Part shown: positions 21,498-32,976 of the stretch, piece by piece
Position numbering within the stretch: position 1 is the first letter of the stretch
Layout of the letters: each line of letters begins with the position of its first letter
Source of the DNA: TPA_inf: Saccharomyces
Taxonomy: Eukaryota
Assembly (NCBI GenBank): GCA_000146045.2
Contig: BK006949.2
Span: forward strand, 32,001-96,000
Reading direction: 5' to 3'
DNA: 64,000 nt
The notes under the pieces: model-generated
What the model was told of the DNA's origin: nothing
The model's database searches: none
What the model saw: the letters and a program-made list of their open reading frames with translations, nothing else
Program-made: the position numbers and the translations under genes

Positions 21498-23153
21498 TCA
21501 TTCATATTCTAGAGCGGCGGTCCAGAAGTTAGCTTCCAATTCACAAACTTCAGCATATATTGTGACCAGTGTATCAAGTTTTTCTGGAGGGTATGTTTCC
21601 AAGATGTGATTCAACAGCTTTTCGCCTTCAAGCATAGCTTCGTGGCACCATGACGATGAGTAAGTTTCACACCATTCACGGTAAACGGAGCCTTCTGCTG
21701 CAGTTACTTCATCCTTGATCTTGGTCAAAGCGTGAACATAGCCCATTAAGCAAGGATTAAGAGCTATAACTAACTCCTGCCAGTTACCTCTTCTGGAAAC
21801 ATCATTAAAGTAACGACAGTAAGCCCTTAATGCAGGACCTCTTTGAATCTTTTGTAAGTAGTCGGGATCCTTAATTCCAAATTCCTCCCTTAATCTCCTT
21901 TCATGTTGGCAAAGCCCATTACGAACGCATTCGACAATAACTAGCTCTTTCTCCAGGTCTTCAAGACACGGGGATTTACTACCCGCGATGCAGGAAATCC
22001 TGGCATAATTGACTAAGTACAGGTAATCTTGTTCGATAAAAAATTGGAACTTCTTAGGCTCTAAGGAACCGTCTGCTACTTTTCTAACAAAATCATGGTT
22101 CACATAGGAGTCCCAGTGGGGCTTAACTTTAGGGTGATTTATCAGATATTTATAGAAACTTCCTCCAGGGATTTTGTTAAGAGAACTTTTGACTGGCTTT
22201 TTGTGTACGGCATCTGATGCAGTGAAACATTCGTCACTGAGCATTTTTTCTAATGGAATTTCGATGGCGTAGACATGATTAATTGGCCCGTTGTCCTTAA
22301 CAGTCTCTTTCGTGACATCGCAGCCAATGGCCACCGCATTTTGGACGTACTCAATACCGCCATAAACGGATTGGGGAAGGGAATAACCGCGAGCCAAATT
22401 TGATGCAATGGCGGAAGCTAGGGTGCACCCGGTACCATGAGTGTGGGTTGTATTAACAAAATTACCCTTGAAGGTTATAAACCTTTGTTCGGCCCCTAAG
22501 TAAAGGACATCAGTGATGTACTTTCCTTCTTCATCATTCCATGGAATGTGACCACCTTTAACCAAAATATTGGAACACTTGGTGATTTTGGCAAGGTCTT
22601 TTGCGACTTCGAAAATGTCTCGCAATTTGCTTATTTCTCTGTCTTCACCTAACAGTTTGAAACACTCCGGAATGTTAGGAGTCAAAATGTCAGCAAAAGG
22701 TGCGATTTTCTCCGTAATTAAACTGGCTATATCCTTTCCAGCTAAAGAAGAGCCTGAAGTAGCAACAAGGACTGGGTCAACTACTAGCTTAGGTCTATTT
22801 TCGCCGAGCTGCAGCAGTTTTTCGTGCAAAACCTCGATAGCAGCTGTCGTAAGCATGCCAGTCTTGATGACGTCACATTTCATGTCTTGTAAATTGGCGT
22901 CCAAAATTTGGGAAACTACTTCCTTTGGCGTGTTATTAATGCTGTATACTTTAACTGGAGTTTGAGCATTCAAAGCAGTGATGCATGTCATAGCATAGCA
23001 TCTGTGTGCAGTGATAGTTTTCACATCTGCTTCAACACCAGCACCACCGCTTGGATCTGTTCCAGCAATAGACAAAACTGTGGGTAATTTTTCATTGCTG
23101 GCCAAAGCGAGATATGGTGGAGGTGTATTAATATTAACTGTAGAATAGGTCAT
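21498..23153 (-). CDS. THI21: Bifunctional HMP/HMP-P kinase (ThiD) fused to a TenA/thiaminase-II-like domain (551 aa)
   Basis: Track ORF extends 26 codons upstream; the ATG is revcomp CAT at 23151-23153 (MTYSTVNINTPPPY...). N-terminal ThiD motifs (LSIAGTDPSGGAGVEADVKTI), C-terminal TenA region. Position next to APM1 identifies the THI21 paralogue rather than THI20/THI22. Confidence 0.88.
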   Translation of the reverse strand: MTYSTVNINTPPPYLALASNEKLPTVLSIAGTDPSGGAGVEADVKTITAHRCYAMTCITALNAQTPVKVYSINNTPKEVVSQILDANLQDMKCDVIKTGMLTTAAIEVLHEKLLQLGENRPKLVVDPVLVATSGSSLAGKDIASLITEKIAPFADILTPNIPECFKLLGEDREISKLRDIFEVAKDLAKITKCSNILVKGGHIPWNDEEGKYITDVLYLGAEQRFITFKGNFVNTTHTHGTGCTLASAIASNLARGYSLPQSVYGGIEYVQNAVAIGCDVTKETVKDNGPINHVYAIEIPLEKMLSDECFTASDAVHKKPVKSSLNKIPGGSFYKYLINHPKVKPHWDSYVNHDFVRKVADGSLEPKKFQFFIEQDYLYLVNYARISCIAGSKSPCLEDLEKELVIVECVRNGLCQHERRLREEFGIKDPDYLQKIQRGPALRAYCRYFNDVSRRGNWQELVIALNPCLMGYVHALTKIKDEVTAAEGSVYREWCETYSSSWCHEAMLEGEKLLNHILETYPPEKLDTLVTIYAEVCELEANFWTAALEYE

Positions 23154-24168
23154 TGTGGCAAGACAGTTGCTTTCCTTATGTATATTTCCTAACGTGATCA
23201 GATTTGGAAGAATAAATAATGATGCAAACAACAGGTGCTGCGTCTAACTTTGTATAGTTTGGCTAGTGCCTATAAATAAGAGCATTTCTCTTGCCAGATG
23301 GAGTAGCTCTAAGGGTTTCCAATATTCAGTCTGGATGCATCGATCTATCAGAAAAGAGAAGCTATACATATACGTATCATTAAAGAAATACGAGATCGCG
23401 AAGTGAGAACAGACCTGGCAGTTACTAAAAAATCGCGTGCACTTTCATGGTGTGTTACTATGGTACTTCGTGTGTATATGCAAATATGGGAAGCGGACTC
23501 TAAGTCGGTAATAAAATGATGAAAATCGCGTTTCTTGTAAAACAAAAGCGATTTACTTTATTTTTGGTTACCTTCATTGTTCTTTCGGATATTTGAGGAC
23601 ATTCATAGCATTTTCATGATAGTTCTGGAAATTTTATAGGCTAGTGAAATTTATACAGCAACTTCTTGGGAGTGCGTTGTTGTTAAAGGCTATAATATTG
23701 AGCATAAAGAATATACTATAAGTTATTCTCGAGAATATTCGAATCCACAAAGGTAATCGATAATTCTATATAACAATATCACATCTTCTTTTTCGTATTG
23801 TATTTTGTCGCTCATTATCCCATTACACTATAAATCCTTTCGTTTCAGCTTTCATTAAACCTGCTGTGAGCGATGATAAAAGGGACGGTTTATCATTTCT
23901 TCACTCTTCTAAACAGGGTAAAGTAATTCAAACACAGAGAAACTGTACGTTTGTATATCATATATTTGTTTTGGACAGTTGTTACAGTTGCCCGTGAAGG
24001 TAGCAATGAACCTCCCCTTGTTTTAACAAATTTGTTATACCAGCGAACGATGGATGATTGTTGAGCTTGATGCGATAATGTTAAATGCTACTCTTGAAGC
24101 TGAGTGTCCGCTGTGATGATGATAGCGGATAGCGTCCCATATAATGAGAGATGGGGAAAAAAATTAAT

Positions 24169-24275
24169 TGAAACGGACAGGAATTGAACCTGCAACCCTT
24201 CGATTGCAATCTTATTCCGTGGAATTTCCAAGATTTAATTGGAGTCGAAAGCTCTACCATTGAGCCACCGCTTCA
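24169..24275 (-). tRNA. tW(CCA): tRNA-Trp (anticodon CCA) carrying the canonical 34-nt intron 3' of the anticodon
   Basis: The minus strand reads GAAGCGGTGGCTCAATGGTAGAGCTTTCGACTCCAAT[taaatcttggaaattccacggaataagattgca]ATCGAAGGGTTGCAGGTTCAATTCCTGTCCGTTTCA. It has A-box/B-box (GGTTCAATTCC), acceptor-stem complementarity and a CCA anticodon. Confidence 0.93.
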
Positions 24276-24356
24276 ACTATTGTTGAAAGTGTTGTATCTC
24301 AAAATGGGATACGTCAGTATGACAATACGTCATTCTAAACGTTCATAAAACACATA

Positions 24357-24451
24357 TGTTGGAATAAAAATCAACTATCGACCATCACGTAGTAGTCATA
24401 CTACCAATTGTTGGAATAAAAATCAACTATCGTCTATCAACTAATAGTTAT
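24357..24451 (+). repeat. Two tandem 5'-end fragments of Ty1 delta LTRs (about 52 bp and about 43 bp), each starting TGTTGGAATAAAAATCAACTATC
   Basis: Direct match to the first about 25-45 nt of the full LTRs at 24452 and 30039; located 82-176 bp upstream of the tRNA-Trp 5' end. Confidence 0.8.
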
Positions 24452-24788
24452 TGTTGGAATAGAAATCAACTATCATCTACTAACTAGTATTTACATTACT
24501 AGTATATTATCATATACGGTGTTAGAAGATGACGCAAATGATGAGAAATAGTCATCTAAATTAGTGGAAGCTGAAACGCAAGGATTGATAATGTAATAGG
24601 ATCAATGAATATAAACATATAAAACGGAATGAGGAATAATCGTAATATTAGTATGTAGAAATATAGATTCCATTTTGAGGATTCCTATATCCTCGAGGAG
24701 AACTTCTAGTATATTCTGTATACCTAATATTATAGCCTTTATCAACAATGGAATCCCAACAATTATCTCAACATTCACCCATTTCTCA
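24452..24788 (+). repeat. Ty1 5' LTR (delta), 337 bp
   Basis: Near-identical to 30039-30375; starts TGTTGG, ends TCTCA; the TYA ATG (24748) lies inside the LTR, as in Ty1. Confidence 0.93.
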
Positions 24789-26070
24789 TGGTAGCGCCTG
24801 TGCTTCGGTTACTTCTAAGGAAGTCCACACAAATCAAGATCCGTTAGACGTTTCAGCTTCCAAAACAGAAGAATGTGAGAAGGCTTCCACTAAGGCTAAC
24901 TCTCAACAGACAACAACACCTGCTTCATCAGCTGTTCCAGAGAACCCCCATCATGCCTCTCCTCAACCTGCTTCAGTACCACCTCCACAGAATGGGCCGT
25001 ACCCACAGCAGTGCATGATGACCCAAAACCAAGCCAATCCATCTGGTTGGTCATTTTACGGACACCCATCTATGATTCCGTATACACCTTATCAAATGTC
25101 GCCTATGTACTTTCCACCTGGGCCACAATCACAGTTTCCGCAGTATCCATCATCAGTTGGAACGCCTCTGAGCACTCCATCACCTGAGTCAGGTAATACA
25201 TTTACTGATTCATCCTCAGCGGACTCTGATATGACATCCACTAAAAAATATGTCAGACCACCACCAATGTTAACCTCACCTAATGACTTTCCAAATTGGG
25301 TTAAAACATACATCAAATTTTTACAAAACTCGAATCTCGGTGGTATTATTCCGACAGTAAACGGAAAACCCGTACGTCAGATCACTGATGATGAACTCAC
25401 CTTCTTGTATAACACTTTTCAAATATTTGCTCCCTCTCAATTCCTACCTACCTGGGTCAAAGACATCCTATCCGTTGATTATACGGATATCATGAAAATT
25501 CTTTCCAAAAGTATTGAAAAAATGCAATCTGATACCCAAGAGGCAAACGACATTGTGACCCTGGCAAATTTGCAATATAATGGCAGTACACCTGCAGATG
25601 CATTTGAAACAAAAGTCACAAACATTATCGACAGACTGAACAATAATGGCATTCATATCAATAACAAGGTCGCATGCCAATTAATTATGAGAGGTCTATC
25701 TGGCGAATATAAATTTTTACGCTACACACGTCATCGACATCTAAATATGACAGTCGCTGAACTGTTCTTAGATATCCATGCTATTTATGAAGAACAACAG
25801 GGATCGAGAAACAGCAAACCTAATTACAGGAGAAATCTGAGTGATGAGAAGAATGATTCTCGCAGCTATACGAATACAACCAAACCCAAAGTTATAGCTC
25901 GGAATCCTCAAAAAACAAATAATTCGAAATCGAAAACAGCCAGGGCTCACAATGTATCCACATCTAATAACTCTCCCAGCACGGACAACGATTCCATCAG
26001 TAAATCAACTACTGAACCGATTCAATTGAACAATAAGCACGACCTTCACCTTAGGCCAGGAACTTACTGA
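24748..26070 (+). CDS. TYA: Ty1 Gag (TYA) capsid protein, 440 aa
   Basis: ATG inside the 5' LTR; Q/P/S-rich N-terminus; ends ...HLRPGTY-stop, overlapping the frameshift heptamer. Confidence 0.93.
26050..26056 (+). other. Ty1 programmed +1 ribosomal frameshift heptamer CUU-AGG-C, linking TYA to TYB
   Basis: CTTAGGC lies in the TYA zero frame 6 codons before its stop. The +1 frame continues uninterrupted to 30016 and immediately encodes the protease active-site motif DSGAS. Confidence 0.9.
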
Positions 26071-29000
26071 ATCTACGGTAAATCACACTAATCATTCTGA
26101 TGATGAACTCCCTGGACACCTCCTTCTCGATTCAGGAGCATCACGAACCCTTATAAGATCTGCTCATCACATACACTCAGCATCATCTAATCCTGACATA
26201 AACGTAGTTGATGCTCAAAAAAGAAATATACCAATTAACGCTATTGGTGACCTACAATTTCACTTCCAGGACAACACCAAAACATCAATAAAGGTATTGC
26301 ACACTCCTAACATAGCCTATGACTTACTCAGTTTGAATGAATTGGCTGCAGTAGATATCACAGCATGCTTTACCAAAAACGTCTTAGAACGATCTGACGG
26401 CACTGTACTTGCACCTATCGTAAAATATGGAGACTTTTACTGGGTATCTAAAAAGTACTTGCTTCCATCAAATATCTCCGTACCCACCATCAATAATGTC
26501 CATACAAGTGAAAGTACACGCAAATATCCTTATCCTTTCATTCATCGAATGCTTGCGCATGCCAATGCACAGACAATTCGATACTCACTTAAAAATAACA
26601 CCATCACGTATTTTAACGAATCAGATGTCGACTGGTCTAGTGCTATTGACTATCAATGTCCTGATTGTTTAATCGGCAAAAGCACCAAACACAGACATAT
26701 CAAAGGTTCACGACTAAAATACCAAAATTCATACGAACCCTTTCAATACCTACATACTGACATATTTGGTCCAGTTCACAACCTACCAAATAGTGCACCA
26801 TCCTATTTCATCTCATTTACTGATGAGACAACAAAATTCCGTTGGGTTTATCCATTACACGACCGTCGCGAGGACTCTATCCTCGATGTTTTTACTACGA
26901 TACTAGCTTTTATTAAGAACCAGTTTCAGGCCAGTGTCTTGGTTATACAAATGGACCGTGGTTCTGAGTATACTAACAGAACTCTCCATAAATTCCTTGA
27001 AAAAAATGGTATAACTCCATGCTATACAACCACAGCGGATTCCCGAGCACATGGAGTCGCTGAACGGCTCAACCGTACCTTATTAGATGACTGCCGTACT
27101 CAACTGCAATGTAGTGGTTTACCGAACCATTTATGGTTCTCTGCAATCGAATTTTCTACTATTGTGAGAAATTCACTAGCTTCACCTAAAAGCAAAAAAT
27201 CTGCAAGACAACATGCTGGCTTGGCAGGACTTGATATCAGTACTTTGTTACCTTTCGGTCAACCTGTTATCGTCAATGATCACAACCCTAACTCCAAAAT
27301 ACATCCTCGTGGCATCCCAGGCTACGCTCTACATCCGTCTCGAAACTCTTATGGATATATCATCTATCTTCCATCCTTAAAGAAGACAGTAGATACAACT
27401 AACTATGTTATTCTTCAGGGCAAGGAATCCAGATTAGATCAATTCAATTACGACGCACTCACTTTCGATGAAGACTTAAACCGTTTAACTGCTTCATATC
27501 ATTCGTTCATTGCGTCAAATGAGATCCAAGAATCCAATGATCTTAACATAGAATCTGACCATGACTTCCAATCCGACATTGAACTACATCCTGAGCAACC
27601 GAGAAATGTCCTTTCAAAAGCTGTGAGTCCAACCGATTCCACACCTCCGTCAACTCATACTGAAGATTCGAAACGTGTTTCTAAAACCAATATTCGCGCA
27701 CCCAGAGAAGTTGACCCCAACATATCTGAATCTAATATTCTTCCATCAAAGAAGAGATCTAGCACCCCCCAAATTTCCAATATCGAGAGTACCGGTTCGG
27801 GTGGTATGCATAAATTAAATGTTCCTTTACTTGCTCCCATGTCCCAATCTAACACACATGAGTCGTCGCACGCCAGTAAATCTAAAGATTTCAGACACTC
27901 AGACTCGTACAGTGAAAATGAGACTAATCATACAAACGTACCAATATCCAGTACGGGTGGTACCAACAACAAAACTGTTCCGCAGATAAGTGACCAAGAG
28001 ACTGAGAAAAGGATTATACACCGTTCACCTTCAATCGATGCTTCTCCACCGGAAAATAATTCATCGCACAATATTGTTCCTATCAAAACGCCAACTACTG
28101 TTTCTGAACAGAATACCGAGGAATCTATCATCGCTGATCTCCCACTCCCTGATCTACCTCCAGAATCTCCTACCGAATTCCCTGACCCATTTAAAGAACT
28201 CCCACCGATAAATTCTCGTCAAACTAATTCCAGTTTGGGTGGTATTGGTGACTCTAATGCCTATACTACTATCAACAGTAAGAAAAGATCATTAGAAGAT
28301 AATGAAACTGAAATTAAGGTATCACGAGACACATGGAATACTAAGAATATGCGTAGTTTAGAACCTCCGAGATCGAAGAAACGAATTCACCTGATTGCAG
28401 CTGTAAAAGCAGTAAAATCAATCAAACCAATACGGACAACCTTACGATACGATGAGGCAATCACCTATAATAAAGATATTAAAGAAAAAGAAAAATATAT
28501 CGAGGCATACCACAAAGAAGTCAATCAACTGTTGAAGATGAAAACTTGGGACACTGACGAATATTATGACAGAAAAGAAATAGACCCTAAAAGAGTAATA
28601 AACTCAATGTTTATCTTCAACAAGAAACGTGACGGTACTCATAAAGCTAGATTTGTTGCAAGAGGTGATATTCAGCATCCTGACACTTACGACTCAGGCA
28701 TGCAATCCAATACCGTACATCACTATGCATTAATGACATCCCTGTCACTTGCATTAGACAATAACTACTATATTACACAATTAGACATATCTTCGGCATA
28801 TTTGTATGCAGACATCAAAGAAGAATTATACATAAGACCTCCACCACATTTAGGAATGAATGATAAGTTGATACGTTTGAAGAAATCACTTTATGGATTG
28901 AAACAAAGTGGAGCGAACTGGTACGAAACTATCAAATCATACCTGATAAAACAGTGTGGTATGGAAGAAGTTCGTGGATGGTCATGCGTATTTAAGAATA

Positions 29001-30016
29001 GTCAAGTAACAATATGTTTATTTGTTGACGACATGATTTTATTCAGCAAAGACTTAAATGCAAATAAGAAAATCATAACAACACTCAAGAAACAATACGA
29101 TACAAAGATAATAAATCTGGGTGAAAGTGATAACGAAATTCAGTACGACATACTTGGCTTAGAAATCAAATATCAAAGAGGTAAATACATGAAATTAGGT
29201 ATGGAAAACTCATTAACTGAGAAAATACCCAAATTAAACGTACCTTTGAATCCAAAAGGAAGAAAACTTAGCGCTCCAGGTCAACCAGGTCTTTATATAG
29301 ACCAGGATGAACTAGAAATAGATGAAGATGAATACAAAGAGAAGGTACATGAAATGCAAAAGTTGATTGGTCTAGCTTCATATGTTGGATATAAATTTAG
29401 ATTTGACTTACTATACTACATCAACACACTTGCTCAACATATACTATTCCCCTCTAGGCAAGTTTTAGACATGACATATGAGTTGATACAATTCATGTGG
29501 GACACTAGAGATAAACAACTGATATGGCACAAAAACAAACCTACCGAGCCAGATAATAAACTAGTCGCAATAAGTGATGCTTCGTATGGCAACCAACCGT
29601 ATTATAAATCACAAATTGGCAACATATATTTACTTAATGGAAAGGTAATTGGAGGAAAGTCCACCAAGGCTTCATTAACATGTACTTCAACTACGGAAGC
29701 AGAAATACACGCGATAAGTGAATCTGTCCCATTATTAAATAATCTAAGTTACCTGATACAAGAACTTAACAAGAAACCAATTATTAAAGGCTTACTTACT
29801 GATAGTAGATCAACGATCAGTATAATTAAGTCTACAAATGAAGAGAAATTTAGAAACAGATTTTTTGGCACAAAGGCAATGAGACTTAGAGATGAAGTAT
29901 CAGGTAATAATTTATACGTATACTACATCGAGACCAAGAAGAACATTGCTGATGTGATGACAAAACCTCTTCCGATAAAAACATTTAAACTATTAACTAA
30001 CAAATGGATTCATTAG
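26055..30016 (+). CDS. TYB: Ty1 Pol (TYB) protease-integrase-RT-RNaseH, expressed as a Gag-Pol fusion (24748..26053 joined to 26055..30016)
   Basis: Protease DSGAS; integrase zinc-binding H-x3-H...C-x2-C (HRMLAHA...CPDC) and D,D(35)E core; reverse transcriptase YVDDM-type motif ([10 protein letters not shown]); RNase H region; stop TAG at 30014-30016. Confidence 0.93.
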
Positions 30017-30038
30017 ATCTATTACATTATGGGTGGTA

Positions 30039-30375
30039 TGTTGGAATAGAAATCAACTATCATCTACTAACTAGTATTTACATTACTAGTATATTATCAT
30101 ATACGGTGTTAGAAGATGACGCAAATGATGAGAAATAGTCATCTAAATTAGTGGAAGCTGAAACGCAAGGATTGATAATGTAATAGGATCAATGAATATA
30201 AACATATAAAACGGAATGAGGAATAATCGTAATATTAGTATGTAGAAATATAGATTCCATTTTGAGGATTCCTATATCCTCGAGGAGAACTTCTAGTATA
30301 TTCTGTATACCTAATATTATAGCCTTTATCAACAATGGAATCCCAACAATTATCTCAACATTCACCCATTTCTCA
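30039..30375 (+). repeat. Ty1 3' LTR (delta), 337 bp
   Basis: Direct repeat of 24452-24788, preceded by the PPT and followed by the GTTAT duplication. Confidence 0.93.
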
Positions 30376-30388
30376 GTTATACTATCAA

Positions 30389-30720
30389 TGTTGGAATAAA
30401 AATCAACTATCATCTACTAACTAGTATTTACGTTACTAGTATATTATCATATACGGTGTTAGAAGATGACGTAAATGATGAGAAATAGTCATCTAAATTA
30501 GTGGAAGCTGAAACGCAAGGATTGATAATGTAATAGGATCAATGAATATTAACATATAAAATGATGATAATAATATTTATAGAATTGTGTAGAATTGCAG
30601 ATTCCCTTTTATGGATTCCTAAATCCTCGAGGAGAACTTCTAGTATATCTACATACCTAATATTATAGCCTTAATCACAATGGAATCCCAACAATTACAT
30701 CAAAATCCACATGCTCTACA
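30389..30720 (+). repeat. Solo delta LTR (about 332 bp, diverged at its 3' third), same orientation, 13 bp downstream of the Ty1 3' LTR
   Basis: Starts TGTTGGAATAAAAATCAACTATCATCTACTAACTAGTATTTAC... and is collinear with the element LTRs for about 200 bp, then diverges (no canonical TCTCA end). Confidence 0.8.
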
Positions 30721-31006
30721 ATCAATATATTATCATATACGGTGTTAGATGATGACATAAGTTATGAGAAGCTGCCCATCGAAGTTAGAGGAAGCTAAAG
30801 TGCAAGGATTGATAATGTAATAGGATAATCAAACATATAAAACGGAATGAGGAATAATCGTAATATTGGTATATAGAAATTTCGATTTTATTTTGAGGAT
30901 TCCCATACCGCCGAGGAGAGCTTCGAGTATACTCTGTATACATGATATTATAGCCTTTATCAACAATGGAATCCCAACAATTATCTAAAAATTCACCCAC
31001 ATCTCA
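30721..31006 (+). repeat. 5'-truncated delta LTR (about 286 bp), ending in the canonical ...CACATCTCA
   Basis: Aligns to LTR positions about 50-337 (TATTATCATATACGGTGTTAGA...CAACAATGGAATCCCAACAATTATCT...TCTCA) with scattered substitutions. Confidence 0.75.
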
Positions 31007-31278
31007 ATTTTAGAGTTTCATTTCAACAAAACGCATAACATATATACCAACAATGAATACTGTATACGTTTTTTACAATTTCTTTTGGAGAAAACTCCAC
31101 TGCCTGTGTTGGACTTCATACGAGATTTTTTTCACCGTTGATTTGGAAACACTAGACAAATTGGAGATAAAGGCGCTTCCTTAAACAACAAGCAGACTGC
31201 TATCAAGTATAGTATACAGATCACCATTTATTTTTTTTTTCCCCTTGGTAGTATCATATACTTTTGAAAAGTTGTAGT

Positions 31279-31860
31279 ATGACAGCTCATGCAAATGAAA
31301 GGATTAGCGATGTATCCCCTAGTGCTAGGGGTTCAAGTTCGGAATCGAAGTATGACAAGCTCTGCCGAGTTCTTTTCTTTATTGCAATTACAAAAAGCTC
31401 ATTCACTCCGGAGCACATATTGTATAAGCATTCAATATTTACTGATAAGCCAATTTTAGCTGATATAGTTACTTTTATGTATGCGGCGTTTGTTTCCATT
31501 GGATGGTTTCTGATATGGGGGGAAAGAGCATACAGAACTCAAGAAATGGGTCAACCTCCAATGTACTCGAATATAAACTATCACCTTTTAAGTTTTAAGA
31601 AAAGACACCCCAAGAAATTTACATGTGCGTTATGGTTGGTATTTTTCCTTGCATATACGGTTTTGACAGTTTTAATTTGGTTAGTTCAGTTGATTTTTCG
31701 AAAAGGTAATGTTTTTCAAATGTTATTGCAACTTATTATATTAGATATCGCCATTGCATTGGTCAATGTAGCAATTGCATTCACTTTTGAAATATATCTT
31801 TCACAGAAAGCCGCTATCGAGATTCGCGACGAAGGTTTAAATAATCTTGACACCGCTTAA
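31279..31860 (+). CDS. YPL257W: Small uncharacterised membrane protein (193 aa)
   Basis: Track start 31264 is a TTG; first ATG at 31279 ([11 protein letters not shown]...). Four hydrophobic segments; position between the Ty1 cluster and CLN2. Confidence 0.65.
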
Positions 31861-32976
31861 TGGAATGGTAGTCGAAAGGTAAGAAGTACGCAGCAAATTC
31901 AACCAGAATACACACTGTACCTTTTAAAATTTTACTCATAGTAGATAATGGCATAAATCAGTGGTAAAAAAAGAATACGCATGACAAATTTTGAAAACCG
32001 TACGTGACATAAAATACCTATAATAAGATGAAGACATCAATTCTCAAGTTCCACTTTTCGCCGGTTGAGTGTATCGGTCATAGTACAAAGGCAGAAATGA
32101 ATAATAGTAATATTAATCGCAGTTTCCTGTTGTTTAGAGAACTGAAACGCTTTGTGGGCATCAGGTTTAGATTAACTGCTACCCTTCTTCTGTATTTGTC
32201 TGGCCATGCTTCTCAAATAAACCGCTGCGGATAACATTTCAAGTGGTTTCTCAAGGGAGAATCATAGTTTAGCTTAACATACAGCAAATCGTCACTATCT
32301 TGACTGATGCCCGGTGTATAGAGAATGGGTAGTTAATATCATCTAGATGGGGTTTCTTTGAAAACACCAGTTTCTTTGAGGACACCAGTTTCAGTGCTTC
32401 TCTCTACCCCATCAACTATTGCACTCCTACCTGCGTAATAAGTATACGAAGTCTAAAATAGTGGGACGTCTTGCTTTTTTCGGTAGTTTTTCGTTTCGAT
32501 AAAGGCAACAATGCTGTATATTGTATGCAGGAAGTTCTTAAGGAAAATACAGGAATCTTTAGAAAAAGAATAAATAGCTTTCCATTGTATCATGAACAAG
32601 TCACTCTTCATATTATATGTCGTCGCTTCTTATCCCTTTAAGTTATGAATTGTTGAGCTTAGGATTTTACCACAACTGAATAACATTTTCTTTATTCTAA
32701 TAATCGATTTTTTTTAATAAGATTAGACTTGAGTGCCATCAGCAAAGAAAAATACTTTTAATGTCCTTTTTTTAACTCTACACAGAATTTAGTTGGCTGT
32801 TTCATTGATTTACAAAAATATAAATATATACCGTTAAAATTATAGCGATAAACTGAGTATGTGGTCTCTCTTTTCCCGCAGAATATGAAAGCTTTTCTTT
32901 TATAAATCTTATAATATTGGTCTCTTTTTGGTACGTTTGGCAAATTGGCATTCATTTATCATGAAAAGAACAGGAA

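Larger units (their letters stand above)
24452..30375 (+). mobile_element. Ty1: Full-length Ty1 (copia-type) LTR retrotransposon, 5,924 bp, flanked by a 5-bp target-site duplication GTTAT (24447-24451 and 30376-30380)
   Basis: Two 337-bp direct LTRs (TGTTGG...TCTCA). Primer-binding site TGGTAGCGCC (initiator tRNA-Met) at 24789-24798 immediately 3' of the 5' LTR. Polypurine tract GGGTGGTA at 30031-30038 immediately 5' of the 3' LTR. Carries TYA and TYB ORFs. Confidence 0.95.

Noticed and set aside
30389-31006. The downstream delta copies considered as LTRs of a second, internally deleted Ty element
   Set aside because: The two copies are directly adjacent with no internal PBS or PPT-bounded sequence between them, and the second lacks its 5' end. 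They are best read as independent solo or truncated LTR remnants.
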